A DNA stretch of 64,000 nt from Hyphobacterium sp. (GCF_965229905.1 NZ_OZ245930.1:2407327-2471326); one strand, 5' to 3'. Positions 9,026-19,180 are shown, counted from the first letter of the stretch. A program made the numbers and translations. The notes: generated from the letters alone by a model not told the origin.

Positions 9026-9415
9026 CTAGGCGGGGGTGATCACCTGGCGAGTGCGATCCCAGCTTACGCGTTGCATCGCTTCGAGGACCGGTACAAATTC
9101 GGCGGCGTCCGCATCGTCTGCCGGCACCGGTTCGCCGCTGATCCATTCGGCCTCGAAATCGATCAACACGTAGTGGGTATCGTCCATGATCGAATCCACG
9201 ACATCGATCAGGCGGACGATCCGCGCCTTGACGCCCGTTTCTTCCTCAAGCTCCCGCAAGGCCGCTTCGTGGACGGTTTCGCCGAAATCCATTTTGCCAC
9301 CCGGGATCGACCAACATCCTTTCAGGGGCTCGCGTCCCCGCTTGACAAGCAGGACGTCATCGCCTCGGCGGCAGACGACGCCGACGCAGGCGAAAGGGCG
9401 CTTGGATTCAGACAT
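9026..9415 (-). CDS. NUDIX hydrolase
   Basis: Nudix box GGKMDFGETVHEAALRELEEETGV. Confidence 0.85.
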   Translation of the reverse strand: MSESKRPFACVGVVCRRGDDVLLVKRGREPLKGCWSIPGGKMDFGETVHEAALRELEEETGVKARIVRLIDVVDSIMDDTHYVLIDFEAEWISGEPVPADDADAAEFVPVLEAMQRVSWDRTRQVITPA

Positions 9416-9479
9416 TGGACTCCTTGACGCTGGTTATCGGTGCACGAAGCTAGAGCGAAACAGCTCAAAGGGCAGCCCC

Positions 9480-10082
9480 ATGTGCGGACGCTATGACATT
9501 GAGGTCGATCCCAAAACGCTGAGCGCGATGCTGGGTCTCGATGTGCCGGATTTCATAGCCGATCCGGATTTTTCTCCGGGCGATACCGGGCCGGTGATCG
9601 CAGTTGGCGCCGATGGCGAAACGCGGGTGGTGCTGATGCGCTGGGGGCTCGAGCCGGGCTGGATGACGACGCGGCCCAAGCGGCCGATGTTCAATGCACG
9701 GTCGGAAACGGTTGCAGAGAAGCCCATGTTCCGGGCGGCGTTCAGTCGCAAGCGTGCCCTGGTTCCGGCGCTGGCCTTCTATGAGTGGACCGGTCAGCCG
9801 GGTGCCAAGACCAAGTGGCGGTTCTCGAAGCGCGATGGATCGCTGCTGGTCTTTGCCGGGCTCTGGGAAGTGCGCGATCATGGAGATGGCGAGAAACGGC
9901 TGACCTTCACGGTGCTCACCACGACGCCGAATGCGGACACCGAAGCCTATCACGACCGCATGCCGGTAATTCTCGATGAAAACGCTCAGAAAACCTGGCT
10001 CGATGCGGACGCGGATCCGGACTTCCTGCTTGAAATGACTGCGCCGGCCCCTGATGGAACGCTGAAAGTCGAGGCGGCTTAG
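9480..10082 (+). CDS. SOS response-associated peptidase (SRAP/YedK family, abasic-site processing)
   Basis: Start at MCGRY gives the catalytic Cys2. Also RWGL, MFNARSET and YEW motifs. Confidence 0.85.
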   Translation: MCGRYDIEVDPKTLSAMLGLDVPDFIADPDFSPGDTGPVIAVGADGETRVVLMRWGLEPGWMTTRPKRPMFNARSETVAEKPMFRAAFSRKRALVPALAFYEWTGQPGAKTKWRFSKRDGSLLVFAGLWEVRDHGDGEKRLTFTVLTTTPNADTEAYHDRMPVILDENAQKTWLDADADPDFLLEMTAPAPDGTLKVEAA

Positions 10083-11107
10083 CTGCGGAGGAAGTCGCCG
10101 TGAAGCTGAATGGTCGATTTGCGCCCGACATCGGCGGCACATCCGTCCAGCCAAGCGCTGGCGGCGTCGCGGCCGGCATCGCGTAATGCCGTCAGTGACG
10201 ACCAGCGCGTATCGTACTTCGAATCGCGGCGCAGATTGCGAACGGCGTCGTCGCCGCGAATTGCGTGAACCAGCATGTCGCGGAAGTTCTCGCGCACCTC
10301 GCCTTTCAATTGGTCGTTGGCGAGCAAATCCTTGACGAATGCCAGGGCGCGCAGTTCCGCAAGGAGCGAGGCGTTAAACGTCACCTCGTTGACGCGGTTC
10401 ATGATGTCGGCTGCCGATTTGGGCGTGTCGTCGCGTTCGATCGGATTGAGATTGACGATCAGAATGTCCCGCGGCGTGTCGGCATAGTAGAGCGGCCAAA
10501 TCGCAGGATTGCCGGTGAAACCGCCATCCCAATAGGGCTCGCCATCGATTTCGACTGCCTGAAACAGGAAAGGCAAGCAAGCCGAGGCGAGCACGGCATC
10601 GGCTGTGATGTCGGCCGCCGAGAAAATCCGCGGCCGCCCGGACTTCACGGATGTTGCGCAGATGAAGAGCTGCAATTCCTTGCAATGAGGCAAGGCATTG
10701 AAATCAATGCATTCCTCGAGAATGTTGCGCAACGGATTGTAATCGAAGGGATTGAGATCATACGGGCTCGTTATCCGCGACAGGGCATCCATGAACGGAA
10801 ACAGCTGACCGGCGATATCGGCTCCAGGCAGACCTGTCGGGTGGAAGGCGGTGCCTGATCGCGAGACTTTCCGCCAGAAGGTGTCGAGCGCCTCGCGTCC
10901 GCCGTCGAGGCCGTCGCGGCGCACGCCGTCAGCATAGACAGCGGCATTCATTGCGCCGGCGCTCGTCGCGGTGATGGCGGCAGGCCGGATGCGGCCATCT
11001 TCCGCCAATTTGTCGAGCACGCCCCATGTAAACGCGCCATGCGCACCGCCGCCTTGCAGGGCGAGCGATATCGGGGCGCCCGGATTATTGCGCGGTCCAG
11101 CCGCCAT
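10079..11107 (-). CDS. Patatin-like phospholipase family protein
   Basis: Oxyanion motif LALQGGGAHGAF, a nucleophile-elbow variant ATSAGAMNA, and the DGG Asp motif (YWDGGFTGNP). The start is uncertain: ATG 11107 and ATG 11128 both lie inside the 3' end of bdhA. Confidence 0.75.
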   Translation of the reverse strand: MAAGPRNNPGAPISLALQGGGAHGAFTWGVLDKLAEDGRIRPAAITATSAGAMNAAVYADGVRRDGLDGGREALDTFWRKVSRSGTAFHPTGLPGADIAGQLFPFMDALSRITSPYDLNPFDYNPLRNILEECIDFNALPHCKELQLFICATSVKSGRPRIFSAADITADAVLASACLPFLFQAVEIDGEPYWDGGFTGNPAIWPLYYADTPRDILIVNLNPIERDDTPKSAADIMNRVNEVTFNASLLAELRALAFVKDLLANDQLKGEVRENFRDMLVHAIRGDDAVRNLRRDSKYDTRWSSLTALRDAGRDAASAWLDGCAADVGRKSTIQLHGDFLRS

Positions 11108-11885
11108 CAACCTGAAACGCTGCGCCATTGCAAGATGCGCCGGCGTCCGACACGAGATAGACGAGCAGGCCCACCAGCTGGTCGTATTCGACAAATTTTT
11201 TCGTCGGCTGTGCCTTCAGCATTACGTCCCTTACGACCGCCTCCTCGCAGATACCGCGCGCTTTCGCGGTGTCCGCAATCTGTCCATCGACCAACGGTGT
11301 TCGGACATAGCCGGGGCAGATCGCATTGACCGTAATGCCGGCCTCGGCGACCTCCAGGGCGACCGTCTTGGTCAATCCCATAACACCGTGCTTGGCGGAG
11401 ACATAAGCGGATTTATAGGGCGAAGCGACGAGGCCGTGAGCGGACGAAATGTTCACGATCCGGCCGTATTGGTTTGCCCTCATATACGGCACCGCAGCGC
11501 GTATGGTGTGAAAGGCGCTCGTCAGATTGACGGCGATGATTGCGTCCCACTTTTCCGGCGGGAAGTCTTCGATCTTCGCTACATGTTGAATGCCGGCATT
11601 ATTGACCAGAATGTCGATCCGGCCGAATTCGCGGACCGCAAAGTCGACGAGATCTGTTGTTTCGTCGGCCTTCATCATGTTGGCAGGGTGGTATCGCACC
11701 TCGATACCATGGCGTTTGGCCATGCCGGAGCGGAGCGCTTCAATTTGGTTTTTGTCGCCAAGGCCGTTGAGCACAACGTGCGCGCCGGCCGCGGCGAGAC
11801 CTTCGGCCAGGGCGGCACCGATGCCGCTCGTCGAGCCTGTGACGACGGCGACTTGGCCTTGAAGATTAGCGGTTTGGGCTGTCAT
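11085..11885 (-). CDS. bdhA: 3-hydroxybutyrate dehydrogenase (SDR family)
   Basis: VVTGSTSGIGAALA cofactor motif, YVSAKHG catalytic motif, PGYVRTPLV, and a length near 260 aa, all typical of BdhA. Confidence 0.8.
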   Translation of the reverse strand: MTAQTANLQGQVAVVTGSTSGIGAALAEGLAAAGAHVVLNGLGDKNQIEALRSGMAKRHGIEVRYHPANMMKADETTDLVDFAVREFGRIDILVNNAGIQHVAKIEDFPPEKWDAIIAVNLTSAFHTIRAAVPYMRANQYGRIVNISSAHGLVASPYKSAYVSAKHGVMGLTKTVALEVAEAGITVNAICPGYVRTPLVDGQIADTAKARGICEEAVVRDVMLKAQPTKKFVEYDQLVGLLVYLVSDAGASCNGAAFQVDGGWTAQ

Positions 11886-11936
11886 GCGGGTGCGGTTAGC
11901 AGATTATGCTGCATTGCACCATAGCGGAATTTCGCG

Positions 11937-12728
11937 TCACGCGGCCTTGCGTACCGATTTCGGTGCGGGTTGCGGCCGGCGGAATTCCAAACGGTCCTCT
12001 CCGGAGGCTTCGGCATCCAACCGATAGCCCTCGACGTTGAATCTCATGAGATCGGCGGGATCCGTGATCCGGTTCTCGATGATCCAACGTGCCATCAGGC
12101 CGCGCGCCAGTTTTGTAAACATGAAGAGCGCGCGCGATTTGCCGTCCTTGTCTTCCTTGAACGCCACATCGATCACACGGCCTTTCAGCGTTTTACGATC
12201 CACCGCCTTGAAATACTCATTCGATGCAAGGTTCAGGACAATATCGTTGCCAGATTTTTCCAGTGAGTCGTTGAGTGTTCTTGCGATGTCAGCACCCCAG
12301 AAATCATAGAGCGTTTCGCCTCTTCGCGTATGGAGCTTGGTTCCCATTTCCAGCCGGTATGGCTGAATACGATCCAACGGCCGCAGCACGCCATAAAGCC
12401 CCGACAAAATCCGCAGGCAGTCCTGTGCCCATTCGAGGTCAGACGTGTCGAACCGGTCCGCCTGGAGGCCACGGTATACATCGCCAGCAAAGGTCAGAAT
12501 TGCGGCCTTGCCTTCCGTGTTTTCCGGATCGAATGCCTTGAAGCGCTCAAAATTCAGCTGAGCCAAATCATCGGACAGGCCCATCATGTCCTGGATTTTC
12601 CGGCGCGTGAGGTTGCGCGTGGTCTTTGACAGAACGGCCGTACGGTCCAGCAATTCCGGCTGGGTTGTGGCCGTCGACTGCGGATTGTCGAAATTCATCA
12701 ACTTGGCGGGCGAAAGTAGAACGAGCAT
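11937..12728 (-). CDS. yaaA: Peroxide stress protein YaaA (UPF0246)
   Basis: Canonical N-terminus MLVLLSPAK and a length near 260 aa. Confidence 0.9.
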   Translation of the reverse strand: MLVLLSPAKLMNFDNPQSTATTQPELLDRTAVLSKTTRNLTRRKIQDMMGLSDDLAQLNFERFKAFDPENTEGKAAILTFAGDVYRGLQADRFDTSDLEWAQDCLRILSGLYGVLRPLDRIQPYRLEMGTKLHTRRGETLYDFWGADIARTLNDSLEKSGNDIVLNLASNEYFKAVDRKTLKGRVIDVAFKEDKDGKSRALFMFTKLARGLMARWIIENRITDPADLMRFNVEGYRLDAEASGEDRLEFRRPQPAPKSVRKAA

Positions 12729-12785
12729 GGCAATCTCCTCCCGACAGAACTAGGCGGAATGGCGCCGGATTTAAAGGGCTATGCG

Positions 12786-14192
12786 TCAGCGTACAGGGAT
12801 CAGCACGCGCGGATTCATCAATCCCTGCGGATCAAGCGCGGCCTTTACCGTCCGCATGAGTTCAACGTCGAGCGGCCGGCGCTCCGCAAGCTCATCGGCC
12901 TTGAGGGTCCCGACCCCGTGCTCGGCGGCAATCGATCCGCCATATTTCTGGACAAGATCATAGATTGCGGCTGTGGCGGGCTCACACGCCTTAAGGAATT
13001 CATCGCCGGCGCCGGCATTCTTGTGCGCGACATTAAAATGGACATTGCCGTCACCGACATGGCCGAATGCAATCACATTGGCGCCGTCGACGTGGCGGGC
13101 GGCTGCCTCGCTGGCCTCCTCGATGAAGGCCGCGATCCGCGAAACGGGGATTGAAACATCGTGCTTGGCGGCTTTGCCGTGCGCCTTCTCGGCTTCCGCA
13201 ATGGGTTCTCGCAATTGCCACAGCGCTGCGGCTTGCGTTTCGCTTTCGGCGATCACGGCATCCGCGACGAGATGAGAGTCAAAGGCCTCTTCGAGCGTGG
13301 CCTCCATTGCGCTGCGGCCCTCGCCGCGGCGGCCGGCACCAATCTCGATCAGGGCATACCAGGGGTGGGGCTGTGCGAGCGGGTCTCGCGTGCCGGGAAT
13401 GTGTTCCAGCACCAATTCCAACGCGTTGCGCGGGATGAGTTCCAATGCCGAGAGCGCGCCGCCAGAGGCTGTCTTGGCCAGCCCGAGCAATTTGACGGCG
13501 GCGTCGGGCGAGGGAATGCCGGCGAAGGCAATGGTGGTTTCGGCCGGACGGGGAAAAAGCTTCAATGTGGCGGCGGTTACGATGCCGAGCGTGCCTTCCG
13601 CACCGATGAAGAGCTGTTTCAGATCATACCCCGAATTGTCTTTTCGCAGACCGCGGAGACCGTTCCAGACCCGCCCGTCAGGCAGCACGGCCTCGATGCC
13701 GAGCACGAGGTCTCGCATCATTCCATAACGCAGCACGTGTACGCCGCCCGCATTCGTCGAGATCAGCCCGCCAATGCTGGCGGATCCCTGCGATCCGAGG
13801 CTTAACGGGAATAGGCGATTATGCGCTGCGGCTTCCTGCTGGATCGTTTCAAGGATGCAACCGGCTTCCACTGTCATCGAATCGTTTGCCGGATCGGTTT
13901 CGCGGATCGTGCGCATGCGTGTAAGCGACACGAGGATTTCGCCGTGCGGGATGGAGCCACCCACGAGGCCCGTGTTTCCGCCTTGCGGCGTGACCGCGAC
14001 GCCTGCCTTTGCACAAATCTCGACAATTGCCGCCACCTCGTCGGTCGAGGCGGGCTTCATCAGCAGCGGCGTTTCACCTTCCCAGCGCCCGCGCCAGTCA
14101 CGGACATGTGGTGCCAGCTCATGGGGATCATCGCTCCACCCTTTCGAGCCCACGGCCGATTTGAGTGCGTCGATGGTCTGCGGCGTCATCAT
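12786..14192 (-). CDS. FAD-linked oxidase (GlcD / D-2-hydroxyacid dehydrogenase-like)
   Basis: FAD_binding_4-type segment (VTPQGGNTGLVGGS...) and a C-terminal oxidase domain ending in HGVGTLKADE. Confidence 0.85.
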   Translation of the reverse strand: MMTPQTIDALKSAVGSKGWSDDPHELAPHVRDWRGRWEGETPLLMKPASTDEVAAIVEICAKAGVAVTPQGGNTGLVGGSIPHGEILVSLTRMRTIRETDPANDSMTVEAGCILETIQQEAAAHNRLFPLSLGSQGSASIGGLISTNAGGVHVLRYGMMRDLVLGIEAVLPDGRVWNGLRGLRKDNSGYDLKQLFIGAEGTLGIVTAATLKLFPRPAETTIAFAGIPSPDAAVKLLGLAKTASGGALSALELIPRNALELVLEHIPGTRDPLAQPHPWYALIEIGAGRRGEGRSAMEATLEEAFDSHLVADAVIAESETQAAALWQLREPIAEAEKAHGKAAKHDVSIPVSRIAAFIEEASEAAARHVDGANVIAFGHVGDGNVHFNVAHKNAGAGDEFLKACEPATAAIYDLVQKYGGSIAAEHGVGTLKADELAERRPLDVELMRTVKAALDPQGLMNPRVLIPVR

Positions 14193-15142
14193 GATAGGTC
14201 CCGTGGTGCGGCGGCGCGTCGCAGCCGGTCATTGATGGCTTCGCCCAGACCTTTATCCGGAATAGGGGCCACCGCAATGGCGCGGGCACCACTGGCGTCG
14301 AGCCGCCGCAGATAGGCGAAAAGATTGGCAGCCGCTTCGTCCAACCGGCCGGTTGGCGACAGATTGAGATCGGCAGGCCAGTCCGGGCCAAATCCAAGAT
14401 ATACTTCGCCGGAACGGGGAGATTTGGCGTTAATTCGGAGGCTGGCTGCCGGTGCGTAATGACTGGCCAGCATGCCAGGCGAAGCCTTGGGCGCGTCAGG
14501 AGCGGGCGAACCCAGCCTGCCTGCAACGGCTTCGATCTCCTGGCGGCCGATTCCGCCCTTCCGCAAGAGAAGCGGCGTCTCCCCATCAAATCCGATGACC
14601 GTGGATTCAAGGCCGACAGAGCAGGCCCCGCCGTCCAGAATAATGTCGACGCGGTTGCCGAGGCCGTCGGCAACATGTTGAGCCGTCGTCGGGCTGATGG
14701 CGCCCGAGGGGTTGGCGCTCGGCGCCACGAGGGGGCGGCCTGTGGCCGCGATCAGGCTGCGGGCGACGGCGTGACCGGGACAACGGACGGCCAGCGTATC
14801 GAGACCGGCGCTGGCAAGCTCGCTCACCGGGCAGTCTGGCCGGCGCGGCAGAACGAGCGTCAGCGGACCCGGCCAGAACGCCGTCGCGAGCCGTTCTGCC
14901 TCGGGTGTGAAAACGACCAGCTGCCGCGCCATTTCGAGATCGCTGACATGCGCGATCAGCGGATTAAAGCGGGGCCGGTTCTTGGCCTCGTAGATCCGGG
15001 CGATGGCCTCGCCGTTGGTGGCGTCGGCAGCGAGGCCATACACTGTCTCGGTCGGCATTCCGACCAGCTGGCCGGCCCGCAGCTTCTCCGCCGCTCTTGT
15101 GATCGCGTCGGCCGTCGCTGGGGATATGCGGTTGCGGTTCAT
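14189..15142 (-). CDS. tsaC: L-threonylcarbamoyladenylate synthase (Sua5/YrdC family, long form)
   Basis: MPTETVYGLAADA, SANPSG, and a C-terminal Sua5 domain. Internal ATG 15142 chosen. Its stop overlaps the start of the downstream oxidase gene (ATGA). Confidence 0.85.
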   Translation of the reverse strand: MNRNRISPATADAITRAAEKLRAGQLVGMPTETVYGLAADATNGEAIARIYEAKNRPRFNPLIAHVSDLEMARQLVVFTPEAERLATAFWPGPLTLVLPRRPDCPVSELASAGLDTLAVRCPGHAVARSLIAATGRPLVAPSANPSGAISPTTAQHVADGLGNRVDIILDGGACSVGLESTVIGFDGETPLLLRKGGIGRQEIEAVAGRLGSPAPDAPKASPGMLASHYAPAASLRINAKSPRSGEVYLGFGPDWPADLNLSPTGRLDEAAANLFAYLRRLDASGARAIAVAPIPDKGLGEAINDRLRRAAAPRDLS

Positions 15143-15183
15143 CACCGGAGCTAGCGCCGAGCCACGGGGCCGATCAAGTCCCG

Positions 15184-15738
15184 TTAGCGGGTGGCTTCGA
15201 TATGCAGCCGAACATCGACCGTGCTGGCTGAACCGCCCCAATTGCTATTGCCGATTCCAAATTCGTCGCTGACGATTGCGAGTTCGCCGTCGGCAACCGC
15301 CCGATCGCCCTCAATCGAGAGCCTGAACAGAAGTTCGGCGGGTTGCGAATTGCCGCGTAAGGTCAATGTTCCGTTTGCGCGATAGCATTCGCCATCGCCG
15401 TCAGAACAGTCGGACGACACCGAAACGATTTCGGAAGAGAACACGGCAAAGGGATGGTGCTCGGCATCAAGCCCATCATCACCGGTCATCTCCGCATCAT
15501 ACTGGGGATTGCCCGTCTCACCGCTGTCCACCGCCACACGGCCTTCGATGCGAGCTTCGGCCAGATCATCCGGATCAAAGCGAATGTCGGCTTCAAAGTT
15601 CGAAAAGCTGCCGGTCACTTCACGGCCGAATGCCTCGGTTATGATCTCGATACTGCTCGCGTCACTGTCGAGTTGCCAGTCGGATGCGATGGCCGGCGCT
15701 GTGATGAGAGCGGCCAAACCAAAAGGGAGGAAGTTCAT
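15184..15738 (-). CDS. YceI family periplasmic protein
   Basis: Signal peptide, then the YceI-like pattern (WQLDSDASSIEI...GSFSNFEADIRFD). Confidence 0.8.
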   Translation of the reverse strand: MNFLPFGLAALITAPAIASDWQLDSDASSIEIITEAFGREVTGSFSNFEADIRFDPDDLAEARIEGRVAVDSGETGNPQYDAEMTGDDGLDAEHHPFAVFSSEIVSVSSDCSDGDGECYRANGTLTLRGNSQPAELLFRLSIEGDRAVADGELAIVSDEFGIGNSNWGGSASTVDVRLHIEATR

Positions 15739-15741
15739 GAA

Positions 15742-16326
15742 TCAGCCTTTGGGTCGGATAAAAACGATCATGCGGGACAGCACGTCGTCCCGATTGATAA
15801 AGTGATGCTTCAATGCGGCGCCAATATGGAGCGCGAGCAGAACAAGGATGGCCCAGGCACCCGCGCTGTGAGCGCGGGAGGTTGCATCGTGCAGGCCTTC
15901 GCTTTCCGGAGCGATGGCCGGGATGGGCAGGCTCTCAACATTGAACAGAAAGCCTGGAATGCCGGAAGCGGAAGCCGTCACCCAGCCGCCAAGCGGCATG
16001 CCGATCATCAGCGCGTAAAACCCCCAATGCGTGGCTTTCGCGGCAAACCTTTCCCACGGGGCCATGCCGCCAGGAAGGGGCGGAGCCGGATGCACGAGAC
16101 GCCAGCCCAAGCGTGCCAGGCTCAAGGCAAGAATGATCAAGCCCCACGTCTTGTGCCAGTTGTAGACCAGAGCCACCGTTTGAATGTCGACGTCCGGATC
16201 GCCGGCAAACAAGGCGTCGCGCAAATCCTCGGCCTGCCATCCGATAAAGATCATCATCAAAATGAGGATGGCGATCACCCAATGCAGGGTGATTGCGACT
16301 GTCGTGTAACGTTTCGATTCGGCCAC
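15742..16326 (-). CDS. Cytochrome b561 family protein
   Basis: Four predicted TM segments with conserved His residues (ITLHWVIAIL..., NWHKTWG, THWGFY, ALHIGAALKHH). Confidence 0.85.
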   Translation of the reverse strand: MAESKRYTTVAITLHWVIAILILMMIFIGWQAEDLRDALFAGDPDVDIQTVALVYNWHKTWGLIILALSLARLGWRLVHPAPPLPGGMAPWERFAAKATHWGFYALMIGMPLGGWVTASASGIPGFLFNVESLPIPAIAPESEGLHDATSRAHSAGAWAILVLLALHIGAALKHHFINRDDVLSRMIVFIRPKG

Positions 16327-16329
16327 TGA

Positions 16330-16929
16330 TCAGTTCTCCCGCAAAAATTCGGCTTCGATCCGAATTCTGACCTCGTCGCTTGCAATCGCGGACGGGATCA
16401 GCGGGCCAATGCCAAAATCGCTTCTGGAAACCAGCATATCGGCTCCAAAACCGATCGCATCCCTGTTTTCGAGAAAGTTGAAGTTTCCACCGTAGAATTC
16501 AATGTCCATCGTGACCGGACGCGTCTCGCCGCGGATGGTCAGCAGACCCTCCGCAACACCGGTCAGCTCCCCCGTCGTCCGGATGTCGGTGGCTTCGAAT
16601 ATGATCTGGGGATGCCGCTCTGCCGAAAACCAGTTCCGGCCTCTCAGGGTGGCGTCAAATTCGCGATTGCCCGTTGATACCGAAGACGCCTCGATGATCG
16701 CGTTCAGCCGGGTTTCCATCGGACGTTCCGGGTCGAAGGTGAGGCTGGCATCAATTGTATCGAAGCGGGCCGTGTACCAAGCCAGTCCAAAATGCCGCGA
16801 CCGCCAGGTAACCGACGTATGAAGCGGATCAAGGCGCCATTCGCCGCTCGGCAGCAAGCGGGGATCTTGCGTCGGCGCGCTGGCGCAAGCGGTGAGCATG
16901 ACGAGCAAGAAGAGCGGAATGCATCGCAT
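16330..16929 (-). CDS. YceI family lipoprotein
   Basis: Lipobox (LVMLTACAS), then a YceI-like core (WRLDPLHTSVTW...FDTIDASLTFD). Confidence 0.8.
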   Translation of the reverse strand: MRCIPLFLLVMLTACASAPTQDPRLLPSGEWRLDPLHTSVTWRSRHFGLAWYTARFDTIDASLTFDPERPMETRLNAIIEASSVSTGNREFDATLRGRNWFSAERHPQIIFEATDIRTTGELTGVAEGLLTIRGETRPVTMDIEFYGGNFNFLENRDAIGFGADMLVSRSDFGIGPLIPSAIASDEVRIRIEAEFLREN

Positions 16930-17024
16930 GGTGCGACAGATAGCCTAATTTCGATCACACCCAAATGCTCGACGCCCGGATTTCGGACGTTATCTTTCGC
17001 ATGGCACCAGATTGAGGAACCGTC

Positions 17025-18806
17025 ATGTATCGCGCGCCAATCAAAGACCTCCGCTTCGCGCTTGAAGAAATTGCCGTCATGGACGGGCTCAAGACGACCG
17101 GTGCGTTTCCGGATCTGTCTTCCGATCTGACGGCGGCCATTCTGGAAGAAGCCGGAAAGTTCTCCAACGATGTGCTCGCACCACTCAACCGGCCCGGGGA
17201 CATGGCTGGCTGCAAGCTCGAAGATGGGGTGGTCACAACCCCGCCCGGCATCAAGGAGGCTTACGCACAATTCGTCGAAGGCGGCTGGCAAGGTCTCCAG
17301 TTTCCGGCCGAACATGGCGGCATGGGGCTTCCACGCGCGCTAGGTGCGGCGGTCATGGAGACCATGCAATCGGCCAACATGGCGTTCAGCCTGGGTCCGA
17401 TGCTGACCTTCGGGGCGATCGAGGCCTTGATTGCGCGTGGATCGGACGATCAGAAGTCGACCTATCTGCCTAAGCTCATGACCGGCGAATGGTCGGCCAC
17501 GATGCAGCTGACGGAACCGCAAGCCGGTTCGGATGTCGGCGCCTTGCGGACCAAGGCCGAGCCGAATGGCGATGGCAGTTGGTCAGTTACCGGACAAAAG
17601 ATTTACATCACCTGGGGTGAACACGATTGCGCCGACAACATCATTCATTGCGTGTTGGCGCGCACTCCGGACGGCCCGTCCGGCACCAAAGGCATTTCCC
17701 TGTTTCTGATTCCGAAATTCCTGGTGAATGAGGACGGGGCGCTGGGCGAGCGCAACGCGATCAAGGCGATCGGGCTCGAGCATAAGATGGGTATTCATGG
17801 CAGCCCGACCTGCGTCATGGAGATGTCAGGTGCCAAGGGCTGGCTGATCGGCGAGGAATTCGGCGGCATGGCCGCGATGTTCATCATGATGAATGCTGCC
17901 CGGCTGGCGGTTGGGGTGCAGGGCGTGGGAATTGCCGAACGCGCCTATCAGCAGGCCTTGGCCTATGCGCTCGACCGCAAGCAAGGCCGCGCTCCCGGTG
18001 TGGAGGGCGAAGCTCCGCACGCCATTATCCACCATCCGGATGTCCGCAACATGCTGACGACCATGAAAGCGAAAATCGAGGCGGCGCGCGCGATTTGCTA
18101 CCTGTGTGCCGTGGCCGCCGACGAAGCGGAGTTCGAAGAAGACGACGAAGACCGCGCCTTCGCCAAGCGCCGCGAAGAGCTGCTGACTCCCATTTCGAAA
18201 GCCTGGTCAACAGATGTCGGCGTCGACGTGGCGTCGCTCGGGATCCAGGTGCATGGCGGCATGGGCTTCATCGAGGAGACCGGCGCCGCGCAGCATTATC
18301 GCGACGCGCGGATCGCGCCGATTTACGAGGGAACGAACGGTATCCAGGCGATCGATCTTGTTGGCCGCAAGCTGAGGATGGCCGGTGGGGCGCCGTTGCG
18401 GGAATTGCTCGAGGATATCCGTCAAACGGTTGAGGATTGCTCGACATCCTCCAATCCGGAATTGCCGAAACTGGCCAAGCGACTTGGACCGGCGGCCGAT
18501 GCTCTTGAAGCGGCGGCGGCCTGGCTGACCAAACCCGGCCGCGACCGGTCTGACATGTTGTCGGGTGCGACAGCCTTCCAGACGCTCGCGGGCGACGTGA
18601 CCGGTGGCTGGTTGCTATGCGTCGGGGCGGTGGCGGCGCAACGCCGGCTCAAGATGAATGAGGGGGATTCAGCCTACGCTGAAGGCAAGATCCGGTTAGC
18701 CCGGCATTTTGCCGAAACGGTTCTTCCGCAGGCACCTGCAGCGCTGGCCGGCATCCAGGCCGGGGCCGGACTGCTGGCGGACGAGGTCACGTTAAACGCC
18801 GGCTAG
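17025..18806 (+). CDS. Long-type acyl-CoA dehydrogenase (593 aa)
   Basis: ACAD motifs (LTEPQAGSD, GIHGSPT, YEGTNGIQAIDL) plus a C-terminal extension domain. GAGGAA RBS before ATG 17025. Confidence 0.9.
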   Translation: MYRAPIKDLRFALEEIAVMDGLKTTGAFPDLSSDLTAAILEEAGKFSNDVLAPLNRPGDMAGCKLEDGVVTTPPGIKEAYAQFVEGGWQGLQFPAEHGGMGLPRALGAAVMETMQSANMAFSLGPMLTFGAIEALIARGSDDQKSTYLPKLMTGEWSATMQLTEPQAGSDVGALRTKAEPNGDGSWSVTGQKIYITWGEHDCADNIIHCVLARTPDGPSGTKGISLFLIPKFLVNEDGALGERNAIKAIGLEHKMGIHGSPTCVMEMSGAKGWLIGEEFGGMAAMFIMMNAARLAVGVQGVGIAERAYQQALAYALDRKQGRAPGVEGEAPHAIIHHPDVRNMLTTMKAKIEAARAICYLCAVAADEAEFEEDDEDRAFAKRREELLTPISKAWSTDVGVDVASLGIQVHGGMGFIEETGAAQHYRDARIAPIYEGTNGIQAIDLVGRKLRMAGGAPLRELLEDIRQTVEDCSTSSNPELPKLAKRLGPAADALEAAAAWLTKPGRDRSDMLSGATAFQTLAGDVTGGWLLCVGAVAAQRRLKMNEGDSAYAEGKIRLARHFAETVLPQAPAALAGIQAGAGLLADEVTLNAG

Positions 18807-19180
18807 ACCCAGAAAGTTGTGGGATCTGGATTGGGACGGCCGTCGACGAGACGGATCAGTCCGACGACAACGCGGATGATCACCCAGAATGTCCAGAGCA
18901 GCCAGATTGCGATTGCGATGGGCAACAAGATCACCGTCAGCGCACATGCAAGCGCGATGAGCAAAAGAATGACGGCATATACCAGCGTGCGGAGCTGAAA
19001 CGCATAGTGCGATGCAAGCCAATCGGGCGATTTATCGTAGCGAAGCCAGGCGATGATCGCCGCAATGAGCATGGTCAAGAAATTGGCCGGCCCGATCAGA
19101 AACAGCACGTAGCATATTGCCACAAGGATCCGCTCATTGGGCTGCATCTGCGAATCGGTGCCAGGAGTCACGTTTTTCAT
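18803..19180 (-). CDS. Small integral membrane protein (DUF4870-like)
   Basis: Three to four TM segments. ERILVAICYVLFLIGP...AWLRYDK...HYAFQLRT resembles DUF4870; this is from memory. Confidence 0.6.
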   Translation of the reverse strand: MKNVTPGTDSQMQPNERILVAICYVLFLIGPANFLTMLIAAIIAWLRYDKSPDWLASHYAFQLRTLVYAVILLLIALACALTVILLPIAIAIWLLWTFWVIIRVVVGLIRLVDGRPNPDPTTFWV

